A DNA stretch of 64,000 nucleotides from Octopus vulgaris (taxonomy: Eukaryota): NCBI GenBank assembly GCA_951406725.2, contig OX597820.1, positions 112,592,001 to 112,656,000 of the forward strand, given 5' to 3'. Below are positions 53,492-64,000 of the stretch, piece after piece. The notes beneath the pieces were generated by a model. That model made no database searches. It had not been told where the DNA came from and saw only the letters and a list, made by a program, of their open reading frames with translations. Position numbers and translations under genes: made by a program. How positions within the stretch are numbered: the stretch's first letter is position 1; each line of letters opens with the position of its first letter.

Positions 53492-54309
53492 ATGTGTGCA
53501 TGTGTGTGTGTGTGTGTGTATGCTTGTGTGTGTGTCATAGTTTTTAGCCCCATTCTCCCACCCTATTGTGCTGCTGCTATCGTAAGACCAGTAAAAAAAA
53601 GAATGGTACTGTTCCTGTATTCCTCTGTGTATATATGTTCACTCACGGTGTGGCCATCGTGATAGTTGTAGTTGTTGTTGTTATTGTCATCGTTGGCACC
53701 GCTGCTGCTGCTCACATTGTTAGTTGTGTTGTTGACATTGTTATGGCCATCCATAAAATTTCATAAATATATGAATAGATAAATAAATATATAAATATAT
53801 CTGTCACATACCTGTGATAAATATAAGGTATAGCGATAGATAAAATGAATAAATAGAACTGTATAAAGGTCATGAGTACATGCAACAGATGAAGCGAATC
53901 CATACACACACCCACATGAAATTTCATGGATGGCCATAGCAATGTCAACAACACAACTAACAACGTGAGCAGCAGAAGCAGAGGCAGTGCCAACAATGAC
54001 AATAATAACAACAACAATTACCACAATGGTAACACACACACACAGAGGAATGCAGGAACTGTACCAGTTTTTTTTGTGTGTGTGTGTGTGTGGGGGGGTC
54101 TTAGGGCAGCAGTAGCACAATGGGGTGAGAAGATGGGGATGAAGGGTAGGCCACACTGCTGCTAAAAACTTTGATGCACACGCAAACATGCACACACACA
54201 CAAGCATACACATACACACACACATACACACACACACACACAAACAAGGAATGAATTAAGTGGAGTAAGAACACACATGAAAACAAAAAGTGTCACTGAA
54301 TATGTCACA
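53343..54309. repeat. Long inverted repeat (~400-bp arms, ~150-bp spacer)
   Basis: 53343-53764 versus 53916-54309; both arms give the same ORF start MDGH.NVNNTTNNVSS on opposite strands. Confidence 0.88.
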
Positions 54310-56022
54310 TACATACATACGTACATACATACGTACATACATACATACATACATATATATGTATGTATGTATGTATGTATATATATATATGTATATACAC
54401 ATACATACATATATATATATTTATATACTAGCATCTAAGCCCAGTTTCACCTGGTCTGTTTGGATGATGTGGCCATGATCGTTTTCGGTTAGGCATAATC
54501 TACAACAGCGTTTCTCAACCTTATCATTTTGGGTCCCCTGTTTCGATTGGGGCCTCCAGATGTATGAAAATTTCCTGACTCCCCCCACCCCTGTCAGAAT
54601 ACAGCTTCAGGGGTTGTGAAGAAAGAATTTGTATGCAGTCTGTTTCTGAGAGCTATTCTATCGGACCTCTGTCTAATCATTAAAACATTGATTTAATTAT
54701 GAACATAGAAAGAAATTATACATTAATCCCTATTTTTGTAAGCAGTTGTATCTGTAAAAATTTTATTTGCAGAGAGCAGAAACTGAAAAAAGATATATGA
54801 AATGGACGTGTGTGTGTGTGTGATTGCGTGTGTGCACACATGCATGCGTGCTTGCACGTGTGTATGTGAGAGAGAAAGAGGGTGAATAAAATTTTTACGA
54901 TTGTTGATTTATGGAAAAAAATTATGTTAAATTTTTGAAATGCAAATATGTGTATGAAAATTAAGTTCAGACCTCTACATGGTAGCTAGACCTGGTAGAA
55001 AGAAGAGAGAAAGCATAGCGAAAGTTTTGGCTGACTGTCATCCTGTACTCCTTTTGTTGCTAGCGAAACGGTATATGCCAGCTGTGTGAGCAACTGGTTG
55101 TTTTAATGGCAGAATAAACAGAGGAATTCCATTAGAAAAAAGTTTTAATCAATTTTCTTGGTAACTATGGGGGCTAAGAAAAAAATACAAACCACATTCT
55201 AATCTATGCACCTGTCTCTACATGTGTGCCATATTTTATGCAAATCCACCCAACCGTTTGGCTGTAAACCTCAAGACAAGAAAGAATACAATGATCGCCC
55301 ATGTCCAAATATATACTATAGATGTATATAACTCAGAGTGAGAGAGAGAGTGAATGAGTGAAATTCCTGTGGTAAACTGTAACATTAATGTTACTAATAA
55401 CAACATGGTCACAGAAAATTTTGTATTTGGGATATGCTTCTGACACATCTGCATGTTAATACAGTGTTAAAATGATTGGACATTTGACAGATGTGTTGTC
55501 CATGTCAGAGTTGATAATTCTATTTTGTTTGTATGCTAAAGCATTTGGAAATAATGTGCATGAATGATTCACCACAAATATATTGGGAGAAAGCAAAAAA
55601 AGAAAAATGAAAGGAATCTGCAGAAGAGGAAGACAAGGGAGAAAATGGGAGAAAATGGGAGAAAATAGGAGAAAATGCTGAAAGTTGATCTCTGAAGAAG
55701 TCAAACCAGATGAAAGAATTGGCAAAAGGCATTCCATGATTGAAAAAATACTGTGTTGGGAAAACACATTTAATGCATACAACATGGCAACATGGAGATA
55801 GCATCATTATGATGGGGATGTTAAATATATTTGTACACATATACATATATGTACATGCATGGATATCTTAACTGGCACTGTTATGGAACACTGACATGCA
55901 GAACTCTGAGTTTCTGAATGTAAAGTTCAATGCCTACTTCATTTAATAGATTTAGCCTGCTGTTCTCAACAACAATAAGGTCTAATTCTTTTGTAATTAC
56001 ATGTGTGGTTTGATGATACTTA

Positions 56023-56325
56023 CATCATCATCATCATCATCATCATCGTTTAACGTCTGCTTCCCATGCTAGCATGGGTTGGACGATTTTGGCTGAGGGC
56101 TGGCGAACCAGATGGCTGCACCAGGCTCCAATCTTGATCTGGCAGAGTTTCTACAGCTGGATGCCCTTCCTAATGCCAACCACTTCGAGAGTGTAGTGGG
56201 GCCAGTCAGGCGGTACTGGCAACGACCTCACTCAAATCTTTTTACACATGCCACCAGCACAGGTGCCAGTAATGGTCTCACTCAAATGGTGCCCTTTTAC
56301 GTGCCACCGGCATGGAAGCCAGTCT
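56023..56325 (-). mobile_element. RTE LINE 3' UTR fragment
   Basis: (CAT)n GTTTAACGTC..GGATGCCCTTCCTAATGCCAACCAC. Confidence 0.85.
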
Positions 56326-56942
56326 GTCATCTTCCATCCTCCTGTTATATCATTCTTGTATTGATCTTATGTGAAGAGTTCTTCATGTGTATCTAGCCCT
56401 GGATATACCCCACTATAGGATACCATGGGGTAGCCAAATGATGACATATGAGCTCTTATATGCACATTATGAGGTTTTCACTAAATACACACACACACAC
56501 ACACACATTTCACTTAGGCACTGCGAGACCAACAACCTGGTGTAGAACTCAATATATGTGTTCTTCAGAATGAAGTGTTAGATGAGTATAGAGCAGTAAT
56601 ATGAAAATGAGATGACAAAAGGGAAAAATGGATATATTATGACCTTCATTAACTATATATATGTTATTTATTCATTTATAATTCACCTAATACTGATTCA
56701 CTTATCTCAAAACATGCCTTTCGCATATTCTGAAGTTTATTATGGACTGTGCATTTAAGAGCAAACTGTATACTCAGCTGAATCTAATTTTCTACAAGCG
56801 CTACAGGAATTTCAGTCTGCCAGTACTTATATACCCAGGGTGATATTTGCAAATTATTAAAGTCTGTGTATATTATTCCGACATAACTAGGTGTACTATC
56901 TTTTCCTGATTGGTCTGCTTCTTGGCATCCTTCTGGCCTGGA

Positions 56943-56977
<35 letters not shown>

Positions 56978-56980
<3 letters not shown>

Positions 56981-57309
56981 TCATCATCATCATCATTGAA
57001 CGTCCGTTTTCCTGGACGGTTCGACCAGGGTCTGGTAAGCCATGAAGGCTGCACCAGGCTCCAGTCTAGTTTGGCAGTGTTTCTACAGCTGGATGCCCTT
57101 CCTAACGCCAACCACTCAGTGAATATAGTGGGCGTTTTTTATGTGCCACTGGCTCAGGGCCAGAGGAGGCTGGCAAACGGCCACGATCGGTTGGTGCTTT
57201 TACGTGTCACCGACACAGATGCCAGTCAGGCGGTGCTGGCATCTGCCACATTCGGACAGTGCTTTTTATGTGTCACCAACACAGGTGTCTTAACTACAAT
57301 TTCCATTTG

Positions 57310-57310
<1 letters not shown>
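56978..57310 (-). mobile_element. RTE LINE 3' UTR fragment
   Basis: Same family, with the ~63-bp internal repeats. Confidence 0.85.
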
Positions 57311-57380
<70 letters not shown>

Positions 57381-57855
57381 ACACACACACACACACACAT
57401 AAATGCTTGGTTTTATGCCAGGTTATATATTAAAAACGATTTAACATTAAACCTTTTACTCAGAGAAAAACAAAAAAGATAAAACTCCATCCCAACTGTT
57501 ATTGTATGTAGCTTTTAAATTCTTCAAAAGTCTATTATTATGAATTGACCACACTAACTGTAGCTTATTAATAATATGTTTCACCAGTCAAAATGGCTAA
57601 TTTAATTTGGATATACCGATAAGGAGTTGATAGCCTATTATCATTGAAATTTTCTTTTTCTGCTAACCTATTAATAATACGTCATTGATTAATACTGATT
57701 TATTTTATTCAAGCATTTTATTTTCTAAATCAAACAAAATATCCAGTTTAGAAAAGAGAGGGAAAAAGAAACAACGAAACACCGAATAATTGGTTACACT
57801 AGTTTGATATAACACAGGGAATAATTATGAAAACTACATAAAAAAAAGGAAATAA

Positions 57856-58256
57856 GTGCAGATGTGGCAGTGTGGTAAGAAGCTTGCTCCCCAATGCCAC
57901 GGTCCCAACGACATGGCACCTTGGGTAAGGGTCTTCTACTACAGCTTCAGGTTGATAAAATCCTTCTTAGCAGATTTGGTAGATAGAAACTGAAAGAAGT
58001 CCATCATGTGTGTGTGTGCATATATACATATATATAAAATATGAAATGGAGATGAAACCACTATTATGCAACTCAAACAGTGATAGCCAAAAACCAATAC
58101 ATAAATAACAAATAATATATATAATTCATATTTTATATTTTATATTTGATTTGATACTAAATTGAATTTTTCCCTGTAAGTTTGGAGTTATACTCCCTAA
58201 TATTATTATATATATATATAGATATATAAGTGTGTATGTGTACATGTGTGTATGTG

Positions 58257-58314
<58 letters not shown>

Positions 58315-58515
58315 TATGTGTGTGTGTTTGAGTTTGCATTTGTCTCCTACCACCGCTTTGCAACTGGTGTTGTAACTTAGTGGTTCAGCAAAAGAGAATG
58401 ATAGAATAAGTAACAGGCTTGAAAAGAAAATAACTGCTGGGGGTCAATTAGTGTAACTAAAAAAATTCCTCAAGGCACTCCAGCATGGCCACAGTCTAAT
58501 GAGTGAAACAAGAAA
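57856..58515 (+). mobile_element. SINE group A with ~200-bp insertion in its internal microsatellite
   Basis: Head at 57856-58005, tail at 58325-58515, AT-rich insert between them. Confidence 0.65.
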
Positions 58516-59223
58516 AAGTTAGAAGATGAAAAATATGATAAATAATAGTTTAAATATACAGAGAACAAAAGATGAAGATAGGCGAGAGAAGAAGCAGGTG
58601 TATTAATTTGATGCTCAGGAAGAATGGAAAAGGTTTGACATTTTGAGCCTATGCTCCTCAATGTGGCTGTGTAGTTAAGAAGTCACTTCTCAACTCCATA
58701 GTTTAGAGGTTCAGTCCCACTGGGTTTTCTATTATAGCACTGGGTTAGTCAAAGTTTGTGAGTGGATTTGGTTGACAGAAATTGAACAAAGCCAGCAATT
58801 AAGCCAGTATTTTTACTCTTTTTTCCACCTTCTCCGTGGAGTGGCCCTCTGTAAGGGCTTACATCCCTCCAATCAAAATGATAAAAATAGTAATACAGCA
58901 GAACTGCAATTAGTTTCTGCCCTGATGCAGAAATTAATGTTCATTTGGTGCTAAGCAATATTCAAATGACTACAAAAGCTGCGCCAACTACATTATCATG
59001 GCTTTTGCAACACACAAGCAGAGAAATCTTCTGCACGGACATTAGTTATGTTAGAAATAGCACCAACATCTTTCTGTTTTTGAAAAATAAAATGAAGGCC
59101 CACTGTACAATTGTTGAGATATGATAGAGGAAAGGATGGGATGGAATACCTTTCATCATAAATCTGATCAGGTTTCACCCTGAGCTAAACAACAACAACA
59201 ACAACAGAAGCAGCAGCATCAGT

Positions 59224-59580
59224 GGAGGCGCAATGGCCCAGTGGTTAGGGCAGCGGACTCACGGTCGGAGGATCGTGGTTTCGATTCCCAGACCGGGCAT
59301 TGTATGTGTTTATTGAGCGAAAGCTCCACGAGGCTCCAGCAGGGGGTGGTGGTGACCCCTGTTGTACTCTTTTGCCCCAACTTTCTCTCACTCACTCTTC
59401 CTGTATCTTGTCCCCGACTTCCTACGCAACCGCTGAGCCTGGATGCGCATTCATCCATTCGTCGATGCTCTCAGTGTCGGGGGTTGACCTGCTTTCTTTT
59501 CTGTGGGTTTTATGAATAGCAAAGGACCATGTTTTGGACTTCTCCCATCTTGCGAGCTCTGGGACGAAGACTGCTTCACT
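59224..59580 (+). mobile_element. tRNA-headed SINE group C
   Basis: A box TGGCCCAGTGG and B box GGTTTCGATTCC. Confidence 0.85.
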
Positions 59581-59888
59581 CAACAGCAACAGCAACAGCA
59601 GTAGCAACTACCATTACTACAGCCTCAACAACAATATAGAAACAAATACAAACAGATCATAAAAGCATTAAAGAAATCTGTGTGCTCCTTGGATTTTTTT
59701 TTTGAGATAAGTCATGATGTTTTAGGACTTTCTATAAAACACACACATACATGTATATGCACATATAAGTATATGTGTGCATAAATATATATATGCATGT
59801 ATGTATACATGTGTGTGTGTGTGTGTGCGTATACACACACACACACACATATATATATAGTTATATATATTATATATGTATATATTTA

Positions 59889-59933
<45 letters not shown>

Positions 59934-60657
59934 ACTCATACATATATACACATTACATGTATAAGCAAGCACACAGTCACACATCGATTTAGACATATGT
60001 GTGCATATTATCAACTTAGCATATTTGCAAATGAGATTTTCTAAAATAGCTCTGAGATTTTTTTAATAAAAATCCAATTATAATTTCAGCTTGATTACTT
60101 GAATTTCTCTAATTAATGTGATAAACTGATTAACTTTTCATTATAGATCCAGCACAGTGATTATCATTTTCTCGCTCTTGTCTTATCTTAATGAAAGTCG
60201 TAATATTTCTAGAGTAGACCCTCCATATTTAGAATTCAGTTCAATAGGCTGAAATACTACTGAAATTACCTAATGCATTCCTGTATGCCAAGAATCAATA
60301 GCAAACAGAATTAAGGTTTGAAACTGTTGCTCCAAGGCAAATCATAAAATAGACACATGTACCAAAATTTATACAGTATAACAAATAGTCATGTGCATAG
60401 AGAATAGCAAGAATCAAAAGTCCCTTATTTGAATGAGTGTATTGTGAACACAAAATCTGAAAAGAGAAGTTATTCTCTCAAGGCAAAATTCAAAAGCGAT
60501 TAGTACATTCAGGTTCATATCTGCAGGAACATTTTAAGAATGATTATGTACATCATATTTTTTGATTCCTGCTGTTCCCATGCTTGCATACATCACTGAA
60601 TAATTTGTTTGCTGAATTCTATAAACAAGGGCTACAATTCTTGTTTAGCATCATTAA

Positions 60658-60877
60658 CCCTTTCGTTACCAACCCAGCTGAAACCAGCTCTGGCTCTGAG
60701 CACAAATATCATGTTTTCATAAGTTTTGAATTAAAATCTGCCACCAAACCTTAGTCACAATTTATATTCCTAACACTAGCTTAATGATAACTAAGTTATT
60801 TTACTAAATTCTTTGTTATATTTAAAATAATTGAAGGAAACACAGAGCATCTCAAAATAAATACAGTAACGATAGGG
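60658..60877. mobile_element. piggyBac-type MITE (220 bp) with TTAA TSD
   Basis: TTAA-CCCTTTCGTTACC...GTAACGATAGGG-TTAA, colinear with 5229-5448. Decayed relatives near 1880-2045, 6850-7085, 39080-39305, 61405-61625 and 62945-63950. Confidence 0.88.
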
Positions 60878-61644
60878 TTAATCCAAGAGTAGTTTTGACT
60901 GAAGGGACACAACAAGGTCAAAAAACTATGGAGTCTCAGACATCTTACATCAGTTTATCAAATATAGTGAACACACATCATCTGAAAGAAGTTGTTTTCC
61001 TAAGGCAAAATACAATATTAGTTAGTTTATTCACATTCAAATCTGCAGAATGTATTAAGAACGAATTTGTACATCATTGTTATGAGATACACTATAAAAC
61101 TCCCAATTCAGTGAAATCTCTTAGCTAGTTTGATACTGAGAAACTGGAGTAACATTATTCACCCCACCATTTTTAATTACCATCAGAATCTTCAAATATA
61201 CATAACAAGCTAAGCATTCATCTAGATACAATAAGCTGGGGCTACCCCAATGCACAATATAATCCCAAACATTACATGATGTGATTTTAGATCAAAGAGA
61301 TCAGGATTTATGGGTCAGCTCAGACATCTAATCACTTATTTTCAAACAATAGATGAAATTGCACAGGGAATAAAATAATGGACTGCCTAATTATTGGTCG
61401 TGAGTAACCCTTTAGATCTAATCCACCTGAGACCATCTTTGGTCCTTTGATGCAAACTTCCTGTTTTAAAGTGATTTAAATTAAAACTTTCCATTAAAAT
61501 TTCCTGTGAATTTATATTCTATGCATCAACATAAGAATGACAAAATTATTTTACTAAACTGTTCATTATTTAAAAAAAATTAATTGCAACAAAGCAATGT
61601 ATTTCAATATACTAAAAAAAGGGTTTTAAATCCATTACAAGGCA

Positions 61645-62150
61645 CAGGTGCGGCTGTGTGGTTAAGAAGCTTTTTTCCTAATCATATAGTTTTGGGATCA
61701 ACCCCACTGTGCAAACACCTTGCACGATTCTCTTCTACTATAGCTCTGGACCAACCAAAACCTTGTGAGTGAATCTGGTAGATGGAAACTTAAAAAAGAC
61801 AGTCATGTGTGTGTGTGAGTGTGTGTGTGTGAGTGTGTGTGTGTGTGTAAGTGTGTGTGAGTGTGTGTGTGAGTGTGTGCGTGTGTGTGTGTGTGCATTT
61901 GTATGTGTGTTTGGGTGTTCCCTTGATTGACACTATGTGATACTTGTCCTCACTGTATTACAAGCAATGTTGTTTGTTTCAAGTTTTCAATGGAAAACAT
62001 CTCTGGCTATGAGAAAATATTACCTTTACTGACAAGCAGATGAGGGTTGATGGTAGGAAGGGCAGATAGCTATAAAAAATCTGCCTCAACAAATTCTGCT
62101 CAATCCATGCTAGCATGGAAAAGTGGTTGTTAAAATGATGATGATGATGG
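61645..62150 (+). mobile_element. SINE group A head with RTE-like tail
   Basis: Head and (TG)n, then a tail ending CCATGCTAGCATGGAAAAGTGGTTGTTAAAATGATGATG. Confidence 0.72.
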
Positions 62151-63132
62151 TGACTAGTATTTCATTCACCTAGGTGGGGATGTTACTTACAATAGACAGA
62201 AGTCCTATTCAGGTATGGTCTACTCTAAGTTTACATCATGCAAAGAAGCAAGCCCTAAGTACTGATCCATAAGAGCCAACTGAGGCTTAATTTACATCGG
62301 TGTGTAAGAGCAGAGATGACAAGAGATAGTTGACAGTAAGAGCAACAACAATCTTTCCTTGACGAGATACTTAGAGCACTACATATAATTGCTACACCTG
62401 CTAATACAATAAGCCATCTCCTTTACTGCATAAATCCAGATTGATGTAAGTGTTGGAAACATAACTTTAAAGTTCTAATCCCTAGGAAAACACAAGGTAC
62501 ATGGAGAAATACTTTGATTTCTCTTCAAGTATAAAGTCCCATATTTATAGAAGAGGAGAAATGAAGTTGTGAATTTCATGCTTTTCCCAAGAGCATTCTT
62601 TAAACAAAAGTTTACAGTTTGGGATCATATGATCCAAACCCTAATCCCTAACACAACACAAACTTATAAGAGACATCCTATGTAATCAGCTGTTTTGTTA
62701 GTACAACAGTGAAATCTTTGCTTAAACAAACCTCATCTGTTCTAAATTCATTTCTAGGGAATTAGCGGATAGATGTCAAAACCCCTAATTCCTGGTACAA
62801 TATGATTCACTGAAAGAACTTCAACATGAGTCATATCTAAATAATTGATCTCTAAAATAATTGACCTCCAGATAAAACACTATTGTTTTCAATACTTGAA
62901 CCTTATCATACATATGTTAATAGAAGGAAAACCCAGATAAGGTTTCACCCTTTTGTTACCATATATCTATTGGATTATATGACCTTAGGTTCAATTAATT
63001 ACGAAAATAACCAAGAATTTAGTAAAATAATTCTGATGTTTGGAACATAAATTAACATGAAATTTTGATGGAAAGTTTTAAGTTCACTTTAATCCTTTGT
63101 TACCATATTTCTGTTGAAATACACTGTCTCTA

Positions 63133-63642
63133 GGAGGCGCAATGGCCCAGTGGTTAGTATAGTGAACTCGCGGTCGTAGGATCGCGGTTTCGATTCCCAG
63201 ACCAGGCATTGTGAGTGTTTATTGAGCGAAAACACCTAAAGCTCCATGAGGCTCCGGCACAGGGTGGTGGTGAACCCTGCTGTATTCTTTCACCACAACT
63301 TTCTCTCACTCTTTCTTCCTGTTTCTGTTGTACCTGTATTTCAAAGGGCCAGCCTTGTCACACTCTGTGTCACGCTGAATCTCCCTGAGAACTACGTTAA
63401 GGGTACCCGTGTCTGTGGAGTGCTCAGCCACTTGCATGTTAATAAATGAGCTGCAACGTCACTGGTGCCAACCTGCATAAGCCTTTGCCTTTCCCTTGGA
63501 TAACATCGGTGGTGTGGAGAGGGGAGGCTGGTATGCGTGGGTGACTGCTGGTCTTCCATAAACAACCTTGCCCAGACTTGTGCCTGAGAGGGTAACTTTC
63601 TAGGTGCAATCCCATGGCCATTCATGACCAAAGGAGGTCACA
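63133..63642 (+). mobile_element. tRNA-headed SINE group C nested in a decayed MITE
   Basis: Same head as 59224 with a different, longer tail; MITE sequence resumes at ~63650. Confidence 0.82.
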
Positions 63643-64000
63643 CCCACACTCTCTGTTTCAATTAATTTCGAAAATAATGAAGAATTTAGTAAAATAGCTA
63701 TCATTATTAAGCTTATGTGATTCCATCAACATCAGTTTTGCCTGTCATCTTTTTGGGGGCCAAGAAACAAATTATCAGTCAGGCACTGGAAGTAATGTAC
63801 TCAACTTGCCCCCTACTCCTAAATTTTTTGACCTTGTCTCAAAAATGAGAAAGAACTATTAAACAGGTATTTGGAACATGTATGAAATTTTGAAAGTCTG
63901 TACTATAGAACTAGGGCAGCCTCGGGCAGGTTTGTATTAAAAGTGTTAAAGGAAGATTAATGGACTGATAGTGTATAATTTACAGCAAATAAAACTTATT

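Noticed and set aside
58862-59073. Minus-strand segment bounded by acceptor-like and donor-like sites
   Set aside because: Stops in all three frames; no evidence for an exon.
59224-59296. tRNA genes at the heads of SINE groups (also 63133, 3300-3369)
   Set aside because: They continue into multi-copy SINE bodies and lack proper cloverleaf closure.
62638-62652. Telomere-like CCCTAA pair
   Set aside because: Only two units; not an interstitial telomeric array.

Overview
AT-rich, repeat-saturated animal non-coding DNA. The SINE, RTE-tail and microsatellite content resembles an octopus (coleoid cephalopod) genome; this is recognition by eye, not a search result. No intact host protein-coding gene is supportable, and almost all long ORFs are microsatellite or minisatellite artefacts. 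Identifiable parts: four tRNA-headed SINE groups, some with swapped 3' tails; RTE, CR1-like and possibly L1/Tx1 LINE remnants; three Penelope-like (PLE) GIY-YIG endonuclease remnants; TTAA-flanked piggyBac-type MITEs; a mariner-derived MITE; non-autonomous Helitrons; a 39-bp minisatellite; and very long (TATG)n and (AAT)n arrays. The most notable signal is a set of long foldback inverted-repeat units, mostly bordered by (TA)n/(CA)n tracts. Several carry decayed type-I hammerhead ribozyme motifs with palindromic loop 3, variant cores and sometimes a greatly enlarged stem II. One brackets a PLE endonuclease remnant, and another brackets a complete tRNA-shaped sequence. Repeat boundaries are estimated by eye.
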